Shown: positions 52,995 through 64,000 of the stretch, piece by piece
Layout of the letters: every line of letters begins with the position of its first letter
How positions within the stretch are numbered: the stretch's first letter is position 1
NCBI GenBank assembly: GCA_042408215.1
Contig: JAYFMW010000017.1
Location: 448,001-512,000, forward strand
DNA: 64,000 nucleotides
Source: Microcoleus sp.
Lineage (GTDB): Bacteria > Cyanobacteriota > Cyanobacteriia > Cyanobacteriales > Microcoleaceae
Direction of reading: 5' to 3'
Translations under genes and position numbers: made by a program
Notes under the pieces: generated by a model
What the model was told of the DNA's origin: nothing
Databases searched by the model: none
The model's input: the letters and a program-made list of their open reading frames with translations, nothing else

Positions 52995-53522
52995 AAATTT
53001 TTCAGAATAAGTTAATTGAATATATTATACAAAAATTTTAAAAAAACGTCAACCATTTACATCTGAAGGTTTGACACACAAAAACTAGACCGTGCGACCG
53101 TGCCAGCCATGCGACCGTGCCAGCCATACCAGCCCTACCAGTGCGACAGTCCGAGCCGTAGCAGTGCTTAGGGTGCGATTGTCCGAGCGTTACCCGTGCC
53201 GCCAGTCATCCAATCACCCCAAAACCGCACTACAGCGCGTCTATCCTGCAATTTTGGAGCCGTGGCAGCCGTGCCAAGTGTCCGAGATGTCGAGTCGATC
53301 GCCCCGAGTCGATCGGACTGCCGCCAATTTTGGAGTCTTATTGGTGGAAAACCCTACTAACTTCGGCCGAAATCAAAGCCTGCCTTGCTTTTGCAGCGGA
53401 TAGATACAATCCTGGACGCACTCCGACAAAGAAACCGGGTTTTTTACCTAATCTGTCGGTACAACCAAGTTTTTGGTAAAAAAACCCGGTTTCTGGGCCC
53501 CATGCGTACATCCTATAGATAA

Positions 53523-54512
53523 TTAGCCGCCGATTTGAGACATGGTGCGGCTATAATTTCCTTGAGTAGTTCCCGAATCTCGCTGCTTGAAATTAATCTC
53601 CGGTTTAATCTCCAATATCTGCCGCACTCGATCGCGCAATTCGCCCGTAGACACCCCATTCCGCAAAGCAGTTTTCAAATCAATTTGCCCCGTTTCGTTC
53701 AGCAGACAAGGCCGCAGCCACCCGTCAGCAGACAAACGCATCCGATTGCACCGATCGCAAAAACACTCGGACATCTGACTAATAAACCCTAAAGTACCCT
53801 TCGCCCCCGGAATTTGAAACACATCCGCCGGCCCATTTCCCCGCACTCCCGACTCCGCCAACCCGTATTTATCGCTAATTTGTTGCCGCAATTCTGCCGA
53901 AGCTACCCAACCTTTATCGCCAAATAAGTCCCCATTCCCGATCGGCATAAACTCAATAAAACGAACGTGCCAATTCCGGTTAATAGTTAATGCGGCCAAA
54001 TCCAATATTTCCCCATCATTAACACCAGGAATCACCACCACATTCAGTTTCAGCGGATCGAATCCAGCTTCATAAGCCGCTTGAATTCCTTCCCAAACTT
54101 GCATCCAGCGCGATCGCCCCCGACTACCAATTATCCGATCAAAAGTCTCCGGTTCCAGCGAATCCAAACTAATATTAATCCGGCGCAAACCAGCATTATA
54201 GAGATCTGCCGCCATTCCCGCCAACAAAAAGCCATTAGTTGTCATTGACAAATCTCGCGTTTCCGGCAAAGATGCGATCGCCCCAACCAACTCCACCACC
54301 CCAGGGCGCAACAGCGGTTCCCCACCAGTCAAGCGAAACTTAGTAAATCCCACGGGTATGAAAACTTCCCGCAGCAAAGTTAGCAATTCCGAGTGAGTTA
54401 GCAACTGCTGCTGCAAAACATAGTCCAAGTCGCTACCTTCCGGCATACAATAGAGACAGCGGAAATTGCAGCGGTCTATCAAACTAATCCGAAGGTAGTC
54501 TACAGGGTTCAT
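53523..54512 (-). CDS. moaA: GTP 3',8-cyclase MoaA
   Basis: [53 protein letters not shown]. Confidence 0.97.
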   Translation of the reverse strand: MNPVDYLRISLIDRCNFRCLYCMPEGSDLDYVLQQQLLTHSELLTLLREVFIPVGFTKFRLTGGEPLLRPGVVELVGAIASLPETRDLSMTTNGFLLAGMAADLYNAGLRRINISLDSLEPETFDRIIGSRGRSRWMQVWEGIQAAYEAGFDPLKLNVVVIPGVNDGEILDLAALTINRNWHVRFIEFMPIGNGDLFGDKGWVASAELRQQISDKYGLAESGVRGNGPADVFQIPGAKGTLGFISQMSECFCDRCNRMRLSADGWLRPCLLNETGQIDLKTALRNGVSTGELRDRVRQILEIKPEINFKQRDSGTTQGNYSRTMSQIGG

Positions 54513-54580
54513 TGTCAATAGTTTGTAATATTATGTAATTATAAATGCTGACTCCATTTTCTGCAATTATTGATAGAGAC

Positions 54581-54880
54581 CTCAATTTCTTCTCTCTTAA
54601 CTCTCTTACTCTGCGCCCTCTGCGCCCTCTGCGGTAAATAAAAAAAATCTCAATCACAACTCAAACAAACTCCCTACTCAATTGCTTGTCTCTTACTCTC
54701 TCCTCTCTTCCTCAGCGCCCTCTGCGCCCTCTGCGGTAAATAAAAAAAAATCTCAATCACAACTCAAACAAACTCCCTACTCAATTTCTTCTCTCTTACT
54801 CTCTCCTCTCTCCTCTCTTCCTCTGCGCCCTCTGCGGTAAATAAAAAAATCTCAATCACAACTCCAATAAACTCCCTAAA
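54581..54880. repeat. Three ~100-bp tandem units containing CTCTGCGCCCTCTGCGGTAAA
   Basis: Fills the moaA divergent intergenic region. Same family at 11336-11370, 29230-29262 and 45680-45712. Confidence 0.85.
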
Positions 54881-54883
54881 TTT

Positions 54884-55333
54884 ATGTTCTTTAAATTTGA
54901 AGCCGATTTTGTAGAAGCCCTCCGCTGCATTCCCATGCAAGTACGCCTCAAGTTAGATACTTGTGGAATTAAACTCAAGTTGCAAGATTGGAATCATTTT
55001 ACTCAAACAGAACGTCAAACTCTTGTAGAACTTCCTTGCTGGACAAGTGCAGAAATTTTTGCTTACCGAGAACAGCTAAATCAAATACTCATTAAACATA
55101 CTGGTAAATCTGGAACTGATTTACCCGTCGATGAAAATCCGCCGTGGATGGATGCTGCAACAGTACCAGAATCTGTGACAGCAAAGGCGCAAGAGTTTGA
55201 TTTGACTATTACTTTGGCACAATGGAGGGCTTTGGGGGCGATCGAGCGATTTGCTTTAATCAAACTTAGTCGATCGAGCCACGAGAATAAAAACTTTCTC
55301 CCGGCGGTTCGAGAGTTTGGCATTGTGGATTGA
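54884..55333 (+). CDS. narM: Nitrate reductase-associated protein (NarM-like)
   Basis: FEADFVEALRCIPMQVRLKLDTCGIKLKL..W...RFALIKLSRSSHENKNF. Confidence 0.85.
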   Translation: MFFKFEADFVEALRCIPMQVRLKLDTCGIKLKLQDWNHFTQTERQTLVELPCWTSAEIFAYREQLNQILIKHTGKSGTDLPVDENPPWMDAATVPESVTAKAQEFDLTITLAQWRALGAIERFALIKLSRSSHENKNFLPAVREFGIVD

Positions 55334-55360
55334 CACTCCCCAGCCTAAAGGCGTGGGGAT
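55330..55360 (-). mobile_element. Solo IS200/IS605 right-end hairpin
   Basis: 31/31 identical to 1709-1739. Confidence 0.85.
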
Positions 55361-55703
55361 GCTTGCCTAGGAACCAGTAGAAGCAAGGGAAGATATCTGA
55401 GTAATCGCAAGGTTACTCACTAAGTGAGATATACTTACTGTAAGTTACGGTAAACAAAGTGTGAAGTGGGGCGATCGCACATTTCTCCTGCTGAGCCCAC
55501 AGACGTGGAATCTAGCGTCAAATCATCTCCCACTCTGCCACTCTGCCATCACAGGTCGATCGCCCCAAAAGATTTCTGAGTCCATCGACACCAAAACCCA
55601 AAAAAATCATTAATTTAATTTTAAGTATTGTTACCGCAGCGTGGTAATATTTTTGTGAGCTTGCAAAGCAATCGCCAGCTACCTGCATTAGTTTCTGAGC
55701 TCC

Positions 55704-56156
55704 GTGAACACGCCAAACACACCCACCGAACCCGCACCAGCAACCGAGGATCATCCTCAGACTGGCACTGTCTCGACAGTCTCGTCAGAGACAGGCAATC
55801 CCATGCAAGACTTTTATCGCCTCCAACAAGAGTTGTTGGCGTACACCCTTGCATTTACGGCGATAATTTTTATCTCCGTTTGGATTTTTTACTCCCTCAA
55901 CATGGCCCTGAATTATTTGCTTGGGGCGAGCACAGGTGTGGTTTACTTAAAGATGTTGGCTAGAGATGTTGAGCGAATCGGCAGCGAAAATCAACGAATT
56001 AGTAAGACAAGGCTGGCTCTGCTTATTGGGTTGATCATCATAGCAACTCGGCTGGATCAGTTACAGATTTTGCCAATATTTTTGGGATTTCTGACTTACA
56101 AAATTTCGCTGATGATTTACGTGCTGCAAAGTGCATTAGCACCAGACTCCAGGTAG
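55704..56156 (+). CDS. atpI: ATP synthase protein I (atp1)
   Basis: First gene of the operon; [24 protein letters not shown]. Confidence 0.9.
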   Translation: MNTPNTPTEPAPATEDHPQTGTVSTVSSETGNPMQDFYRLQQELLAYTLAFTAIIFISVWIFYSLNMALNYLLGASTGVVYLKMLARDVERIGSENQRISKTRLALLIGLIIIATRLDQLQILPIFLGFLTYKISLMIYVLQSALAPDSR

Positions 56157-56210
56157 TTTGGGCAATCTAGTAAAACTCAACTCATAGATTTGTATGGGGA
56201 AGCCCGTTGA

Positions 56211-56969
56211 ATGGCAATGCTTGACGTTCTAAACATCTTTAATCGTTTCCCCCTCGCAAAATTGGAGGTTGGCCAGCAGTTGTACTGGCAACTGGGCAAT
56301 CTGAAAGTGCACGGGCAGGTTTTTCTAACCTCGTGGTTTGTAATTGCCGTTTTAGTTATAGTTTCGATTTTAGGAACCAGCAAAATCCAAAGAATTCCCA
56401 GCGGAATGCAAAATTTAATGGAGTATGCGCTGGAATTTATTCGGGACTTGGCTAAAAACCAAATTGGGGAAAAAGAATATCGCCCCTGGGTACCATTTGT
56501 TGGTACGTTATTTCTGTTCATCTTTGTGTCAAACTGGTCTGGGGCTCTAATTCCTTGGAAGCTGATTAAGCTGCCATCGGGAGAATTGGGAGCACCTACG
56601 GCTGACATCAATACGACGATCGCATTTGCACTGCTGACTTCTCTAGCATATTTTTATGCAGGTCTCAGCAAAAGTGGCTTGGGGTATTTCGCCCACTATG
56701 TAGAACCGGTGCCTTTCATGTTGCCGTTCAAAATCATAGAAGATTTCACTAAGCCTCTTTCCCTAAGTTTCCGTTTGTTTGGCAACATCCTTGCTGACGA
56801 ATTGGTAGTCGGAGTGCTGGTGTTGCTAGTGCCTTTATTTGTGCCTTTGCCAGTAATGGTTCTGGGACTATTTACAAGTGCCATTCAAGCTTTGATTTTT
56901 GCTACCCTAGCAGCAGCCTACATAGGCGAGGCTCTAGAGGGCGGTCACGGCGACGAACATCACGATTAA
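56211..56969 (+). CDS. atpB: ATP synthase F0 subunit a (cyanobacterial atpI)
   Basis: [22 protein letters not shown]. Confidence 0.97.
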   Translation: MAMLDVLNIFNRFPLAKLEVGQQLYWQLGNLKVHGQVFLTSWFVIAVLVIVSILGTSKIQRIPSGMQNLMEYALEFIRDLAKNQIGEKEYRPWVPFVGTLFLFIFVSNWSGALIPWKLIKLPSGELGAPTADINTTIAFALLTSLAYFYAGLSKSGLGYFAHYVEPVPFMLPFKIIEDFTKPLSLSFRLFGNILADELVVGVLVLLVPLFVPLPVMVLGLFTSAIQALIFATLAAAYIGEALEGGHGDEHHD

Positions 56970-57081
56970 CAACGGTGAACGGCGCAGAATAAGGGAGGAA
57001 ATATAAAATTTCTGAACTCAAAATTCTCCTCGTGAAATCGGACGAATCTGTAAAAATTCAGTTGACAATTTTGTACTTTAG

Positions 57082-57342
<261 letters not shown>

Positions 57343-57442
57343 TAATTTGGGGTCTGAGATTTTGGATTTTGGATTTGAATTACCATCCAAAATCCAAAGT
57401 CGAAAATCTCAAATAGAATTAGGTGGGAGCCGTCAAAAAAAC

Positions 57443-57928
57443 ATGATGCACTGGACAGTATTACTAGCAGTTGAAGAAGCAGCAAAGGAAGGCGGACTTT
57501 TTGATATAGATGCTACGCTGCCTCTGATGGCGGTGCAGTTCTTGATTCTAGTCGCAGTCTTGAATGTAATTTTTTACAAGCCGCTCACTAAGTCAATTGA
57601 GGAACGGGCAGATTACATTCGCAACACTAAAGTTGCAGCGAAAGAACGCTTGGCAAAAGCTCAGCAACTAGCGCAGCAGTATGAGCAAAAACTGGGAGAA
57701 ACTCGCAGGGAGTCTCAAAAGGTAATTGCTGTTGCTCAAGCAGATGCTCAAAAAATCGCGGCGGCGAAAGTAGCTGAGGCTCAAAAAGAAGCTCAAGTCG
57801 CGCGCTCTAAAGCAGGACAAGAGATTGAGCAGCAAAAGCAAGATGCAATGCGATCGCTAGAACAAGAAGTGGACTCCCTGAGCCGCCAAATTCTAGAGAA
57901 GCTATTAGGGCCGGAGCTGGTCAAATAG
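57443..57928 (+). CDS. ATP synthase F0 subunit b' (cyanobacterial atpG)
   Basis: [18 protein letters not shown]; start at MMHWT. Confidence 0.93.
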   Translation: MMHWTVLLAVEEAAKEGGLFDIDATLPLMAVQFLILVAVLNVIFYKPLTKSIEERADYIRNTKVAAKERLAKAQQLAQQYEQKLGETRRESQKVIAVAQADAQKIAAAKVAEAQKEAQVARSKAGQEIEQQKQDAMRSLEQEVDSLSRQILEKLLGPELVK

Positions 57929-58015
57929 TGAAATTGAAGAGTTTTAGATTTTGGACTAAATCTAAAATCTAAAATTGGTTCAGCCCACCTGCACGCGCAA
58001 TTATGGAAGACTATC

Positions 58016-58543
58016 ATGGGGACTGTTTTATTGCTAGCCACAGAAGCTAGCCGGGAAGGTGGTTTCGGTTTCAATTTCGATATTTTAGAAACCAATCTGA
58101 TTAACCTGGTCATTATTATTGCAGTGCTGTTTTATTTCGGGCGCGACTTTTTAGGAAACATCCTGAATGAGAGGCGTTCGGGCATCGAAGAGGCGATTCA
58201 AGAAGCAGAAAAACGCCAAAAAGATGCCGCAGCAGCTCTAGCAGAGCAACAGCAAAAATTGACTCAAGCACAAGCAGAAGCGGAACGAATTCGATCGACT
58301 GCTGAAGCAACTGCGAAGAAAGCAAAAGAAGCAATTCTAGCTCAGTCGGCGCAGGACGTTGAACGCATGAAAGCAACAGCAGGTCAAGAGTTGGAATCGG
58401 AGCGGGAAAGAGCGATCGCCCAACTCAGATCTGCCGTTGTATCTATGGCATTAGAAAGGGTGGAAGGCCAGCTAAAAACTAGCTTGAACGAAAACGCTCA
58501 ACACCAATTAATCGATCGCAGCATTGCCTTACTGGGAGGCTAA
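58016..58543 (+). CDS. atpF: ATP synthase F0 subunit b
   Basis: [15 protein letters not shown]. Confidence 0.95.
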   Translation: MGTVLLLATEASREGGFGFNFDILETNLINLVIIIAVLFYFGRDFLGNILNERRSGIEEAIQEAEKRQKDAAAALAEQQQKLTQAQAEAERIRSTAEATAKKAKEAILAQSAQDVERMKATAGQELESERERAIAQLRSAVVSMALERVEGQLKTSLNENAQHQLIDRSIALLGG

Positions 58544-58546
58544 AAC

Positions 58547-59092
58547 GTGAGTAAAGTCAGCACAGAAGTCTTACAGCCTTACGCATCCGCTTTGATGTCA
58601 CTGGCTAAGTCTAACAATCTCTCAGAGCAGTTCGGCAATGACATTCGTTCCTTGCTGAGCCTACTAGAAAGTTCGGAGGAACTGCGTCAATTTTTAGCCA
58701 ATCCTCTGATTAAACCGGATGCTAAAAAAGCTGTCATCCAGCAAATAGCGGGGGAAGAAATGAACCCATTGATGCGAAACTTTCTGAGACTGTTAGTAGA
58801 CAAAGGAAGGATTCTTTTTTTAGAAGGAATTGGCAAACAATACTTGACCAAGCTCCGAGAACTCAACCAGACAGTATTGGCTGAAGTTACCTCGGCTGTA
58901 CCGCTTTCAGATGCTCAACAGCAGACTGTTCGCGAAAAAGTGCAGGCGATGACAAGCGCAAGGGAAGTGGAAATTGAAACCAAAATTGACGCAGATTTAA
59001 TCGGCGGTGTCGTGATTAAAGTAGGCTCTCAAGTGATTGATGCCAGCCTGCGGGGACAATTGCGCCGTCTGGGAATTCGCTTGAGTTCTTGA
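58547..59092 (+). CDS. atpH: ATP synthase F1 subunit delta (cyanobacterial atpD)
   Basis: PYASALM, LIGGVVIKVGSQVIDASLRGQL. Confidence 0.95.
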   Translation: MSKVSTEVLQPYASALMSLAKSNNLSEQFGNDIRSLLSLLESSEELRQFLANPLIKPDAKKAVIQQIAGEEMNPLMRNFLRLLVDKGRILFLEGIGKQYLTKLRELNQTVLAEVTSAVPLSDAQQQTVREKVQAMTSAREVEIETKIDADLIGGVVIKVGSQVIDASLRGQLRRLGIRLSS

Positions 59093-59232
59093 TAGAAGGA
59101 AGTTCGGCAACGGATTATGTAACGGATGTAACGGATAGAAGGAAGTTCGGCAACGGATTATGTAACGGATGTAACGGATAGAAGGAAGTTCGGCAACGGA
59201 TTATGTAACGGATGTAACGGATGTAACGGATA
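59093..59232 (+). repeat. 3x 43-bp tandem GAAGGAAGTTCGGCAACGGATT repeat inside the atp operon
   Basis: Starts immediately after the delta-subunit stop codon. Confidence 0.92.
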
Positions 59233-59400
59233 GAAGGAAAAAGGAAAAAGGAAAAAGGAAGAAGGAAGAAGGAATACAGGAACTAGGAATACATTAATTT
59301 CTATTGCCGAGTTTTTAATCCCCAATTCTTATTACAAAATTCTAAGGCTTTCTTACCGAAAACATCGACTGACAACTGACCAATGACAACAAACAATTGA

Positions 59401-60933
<1,533 letters not shown>

Positions 60934-60975
60934 TTAGTTATTGGTCATCAATCATTGGTCATTAGTTAAGTCGCA

Positions 60976-61127
60976 GATCCCCCCTAGCCCCCCTTAAGAA
61001 GGGGGGAACTGGAAGCAGTCACATTCCTCCTTCTTAAGGAGGAACTATAAGCAGTCAAAGTCCTCCTTCTTAAGGAGGAACTATAAGCAGTCAAAGTCCC
61101 CCTTATTAAGGGGGATTTAGGGGGATC
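60976..61127. repeat. GATCCCCC...GGGGGATC palindromic element with internal duplication
   Basis: Same family as the aroE array unit; lies between atpA and the gamma gene. Confidence 0.85.
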
Positions 61128-61278
61128 GAAACTTGGCTGCAACCCTAATTTAGACTTAGTTTTAGCCTGATAGTTGACTCAAATGCGTAATGCCGTGTCT
61201 CTACCGTAGCTAAACTTAAAAATTGATGGCTGGAAACTAAGAACTCAGAAATAAAGGCTAAGAAAAAAGGAGAACGTT

Positions 61279-62229
61279 ATGGCAAATCTGAAAACTATTC
61301 GCGATCGCATTAAGTCGGTCAAGAACACTAAAAAGATTACAGAAGCAATGCGCTTGGTGGCTGCTGCAAAGGTGCGCCGCGCTCAAGAACAGGTGACTGC
61401 AACTCGGCCTTTTGCCGATCGACTCGCAGAAGTATTGTACGGTTTGGCGGAACGCTTACAATTTGAAAATGTTGACTTACCGCTGTTGAAAAAACGCGAA
61501 GTCAGATGTGTGGGATTGTTGGTAGTTTCGGGCGATCGGGGTTTGTGCGGCGGCTACAATAGCGGTATTATCAAACGGGCTGAGATTCGCGCTAAGGAAC
61601 TGAAAGCGGAAGGCTTAGACTACAAATTTGTGTTGGTAGGACGCAAATCTGTTCAGTATTTCCAACGCCGCGAACAGCCCATTGATGCGACTTACACTAA
61701 CTTAGAACAGATTCCGACAGCACCGGAAGCAGCAGGAATTGCTGATGAATTGCTGTCGCTATTTCTGTCAGGAACCGTGGACAGAGTTGAGTTAATTTAC
61801 ACCAAGTTTGTGTCGCTAATTAGTTCGCGGCCGGTGATTCAAACTTTGCTTCCCCTCGACCCCCAAGGTTTGGAAGTTCAGGATGATGAAATCTTCCGTT
61901 TGACTTCGCAAGGCGGACAGTTTCAAGTATCGCGAGACAAGGTTACAGCACCTAAGAAGAGTTTGCCGCGCGACATGATTTTCGAGCAAGATCCGGCGCA
62001 AATTTTGGATGCTCTTTTGCCCTTGTATTTGAACAACCAATTGCTGCGGGCTTTGCAAGAGTCTGCTGCGAGTGAGTTGGCTGCGCGGATGACTGCGATG
62101 AATAATGCTAGTGAGAATGCTAGCGATTTGATTGGTAGTTTGACGCTGACTTATAACAAGGCGCGGCAAGCGGCAATTACTCAGGAAATCCTGGAAGTTT
62201 GCGGCGGTGCTGAGGCTTTGAATGGTTAG
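61279..62229 (+). CDS. atpG: ATP synthase F1 subunit gamma (cyanobacterial atpC)
   Basis: [38 protein letters not shown]. Confidence 0.98.
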   Translation: MANLKTIRDRIKSVKNTKKITEAMRLVAAAKVRRAQEQVTATRPFADRLAEVLYGLAERLQFENVDLPLLKKREVRCVGLLVVSGDRGLCGGYNSGIIKRAEIRAKELKAEGLDYKFVLVGRKSVQYFQRREQPIDATYTNLEQIPTAPEAAGIADELLSLFLSGTVDRVELIYTKFVSLISSRPVIQTLLPLDPQGLEVQDDEIFRLTSQGGQFQVSRDKVTAPKKSLPRDMIFEQDPAQILDALLPLYLNNQLLRALQESAASELAARMTAMNNASENASDLIGSLTLTYNKARQAAITQEILEVCGGAEALNG

Positions 62230-62486
62230 GTTGGGGTTGACAATTTGTTGATTTTATGCTGTCTGGGGGAACTCAGGCGCTTTTTTTTAAGATGATTCGG
62301 CGGTTGATTCGGCGGTTGATTCGGCGGTTGAAACCGCTTCTACACAAACGAAGTCCGCCTGCGCGGACTAAGAGATAAAGTTGTTACAATTGAGGGTAGG
62401 GGGCTGAAAGATTTGTGGCAGACACCTATTGACATTCTTCCCGGATTGGGTAACTATTGAGTTGTAGTATTAGAGGTAAGCAACTC

Positions 62487-63128
62487 TTGGAGACTCAATC
62501 AGAAGTGACCCTTTCCATCGGAGAAGCCGCCAAAGAGCTTGGTATTTCGACAAAGACACTGAGACGCTGGACTGATGCAGACAAGATTAGGTTTGAACGC
62601 TCTCCCACTGGACAAAGACGATTCTACCTTGCCGATATCAAGCGAATCATTCCCAGAGACTTGAATCAGACAGATGAGCGAATCACTATCAATTATGCCA
62701 GAGTTTCTAGTCACGACCAAAAAGAAGATTTGAAGCGTCAGGCTGCTGTCTTGGAATCGTTTAGTGCTGCTAATGGCTGGCAATTTGAGACAATTCAAGA
62801 CTTAGGTTCTGGATTGAACTACAAGAAAAAAGGACTAACAAAACTACTCAAAAGAATCATGTCCGGTGAAGTTGGCAGACTTGTTATTACCCACAAAGAC
62901 AGGCTTCTTAGATTTGGTTCCGAGTTAGTCTTTGCAATGTGTGAAGAGTTTGAATGCGAGGTAGTAATTGTCAACAAATCACCGGATGAGTTGAGTTTTG
63001 AACAGGAATTAGTTCAAGACATGATTGAATTAATTCAAGTCTTTAGCGCTAGACTTTACGGAGCTAGAAGCCACAAAAACCAAAAACTGATTGATGGTAT
63101 AGCTAAAGCAGTGGAGGCTGTAAAATAA
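62487..63128 (+). CDS. tnpA: IS607 family transposase (MerR-type HTH plus serine recombinase)
   Basis: SIGEAAKELGISTKTLRRW, YARVSSHDQKEDLKRQ, DLGSGLNY, HKDRLLRFG. Confidence 0.95.
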   Translation: METQSEVTLSIGEAAKELGISTKTLRRWTDADKIRFERSPTGQRRFYLADIKRIIPRDLNQTDERITINYARVSSHDQKEDLKRQAAVLESFSAANGWQFETIQDLGSGLNYKKKGLTKLLKRIMSGEVGRLVITHKDRLLRFGSELVFAMCEEFECEVVIVNKSPDELSFEQELVQDMIELIQVFSARLYGARSHKNQKLIDGIAKAVEAVK

Positions 63129-64000
63129 TGCTACTCAGTTTCAAGACGGAATTAAAACCTAATAACAGACAGGTGACTCTATTTCGTCAACACTGTGGAG
63201 TAGCCAGACACGCTTACAATTTTGGCAATGCTGTTATTCAGGAAGCTTTACAACTTAGAGAGACTGACAAAGCAATCAAAATCCCCTCTGCTATTGACTT
63301 GCACAAACGTCTAGTCGCTGAGATTAAACCAGTTAATCCCTGGTACTATCAAAGCTCTAAAGCAAGTCCACAACAAGCTTTAGCAGAGGTAAGGACGGCA
63401 TGGGATAGATGTTTCAAAAAAGTCTCCAAACAGCCTAAGTTCAAGAAAAAAGGCAAGTCAAAAGACAGTTTTTATCTTGAGCAAGGCACTAAAGCCAAGC
63501 CTGGCATCAGCAATGATGGTAAGCGAGTCAAACTCCCTAAAATTGGTTGGGTTATACTGCACGAACCTTTACCTATCACATCTACCCATAACTGCGTAAT
63601 TAGTCGCACTGCTGAGCAATGGTTTATAGCTATCAAGTATGAGATTGAACAGCCTCCAACACCACTAAATCGCCCCTCTGTTGGCGTTGATATTGGTATC
63701 AAGGAATTGGCTATTACCAGTGACGGGAAGGTTTTTGCCAACCCTAAAGCTGACCGCAAAATGAGTAAAAAAATGAAGCGATTGCAGCGTTCTGTCAGTC
63801 GCAAAGCTAAAGGCTCAAAGAACCGGACTAAAGCCGTTAGAAAGTTAGCAAAGCTGCATTCTCGCATCTCATTCATCCGCAAAGATGCTATTCACAAACT
63901 CACTAATTATCTCGCTAAAAACCACAGCGTGATTAAAATTGAGGACTTGAATGTCAAAGCATTTTTGAAAAATCACAAATTGGCGGGTGCAATTGCAGAT
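63128..64000 (+). CDS. tnpB: IS607-associated TnpB, 3' end beyond window
   Basis: Manual translation MLLSFKTELKPNNRQ...VARHAYN...PKFKKK...VGVDIGIKELA...IEDLNVK; open to the window end. Confidence 0.93.
   Translation, partial: MLLSFKTELKPNNRQVTLFRQHCGVARHAYNFGNAVIQEALQLRETDKAIKIPSAIDLHKRLVAEIKPVNPWYYQSSKASPQQALAEVRTAWDRCFKKVSKQPKFKKKGKSKDSFYLEQGTKAKPGISNDGKRVKLPKIGWVILHEPLPITSTHNCVISRTAEQWFIAIKYEIEQPPTPLNRPSVGVDIGIKELAITSDGKVFANPKADRKMSKKMKRLQRSVSRKAKGSKNRTKAVRKLAKLHSRISFIRKDAIHKLTNYLAKNHSVIKIEDLNVKAFLKNHKLAGAIAD

Larger units (their letters stand above)
50575..53350. mobile_element. AT-rich horizontally acquired island or integrative-element remnant
   Basis: Abrupt AT enrichment, no GCGATCGC seen in 50.6-53.05 kb, three non-core ORFs and a GC-rich repetitive right flank. 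No integrase. Confidence 0.65.
62417..64000 (+). mobile_element. IS607-family element (tnpA-tnpB), cut by the window end
   Basis: Serine-recombinase tnpA overlapping tnpB by one base (TAATG). Left boundary approximate. Confidence 0.85.

Noticed and set aside
55410..55450. TTAC-containing repeats upstream of atp1 and apcE (48624-48641) as RpaB/HLR1 or NtcA sites
   Set aside because: Spacing and consensus match are too poor to call.

Overview
A 64-kb chromosomal window from a filamentous cyanobacterium. HIP1 (GCGATCGC) sites are abundant, and fraC/fraD, apcE and psb30 are present. The repeat repertoire suggests a Microcoleus/Tychonema/Oscillatoria-like Oscillatoriales genome (inference). Core genes include fraCD, cobO, gyrA, lnt, recJ, psb30, aroE, apcE, moaA, the nitrate-reductase-associated gene and the atp1-a-c-b'-b-delta-alpha-gamma ATP synthase operon. 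Mobile and accessory content: two TnpB-only IS200/IS605 elements with definable ends, an IS607 element cut by the window edge, solo IS605-end hairpins, a MITE family, a ~6-kb toxin-antitoxin/Uma2/NB-ARC block splitting an ABC transporter pair, and an AT-rich island with a PLD-type nuclease. Two signals stand out. First, at least four palindromic repeat families sit in frame inside conserved genes; aroE carries 8+ tandem 138-bp units (~410 extra aa), and recJ, lnt, a methyltransferase and an NB-ARC gene also carry inserts. Second, one TnpB element sits inside a dispersed REP-like repeat, so its predicted guide matches (17/20, next to a TAM-like TTTAT) another copy of that repeat in this window. 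All assignments come from reading the sequence; no database searches were run.
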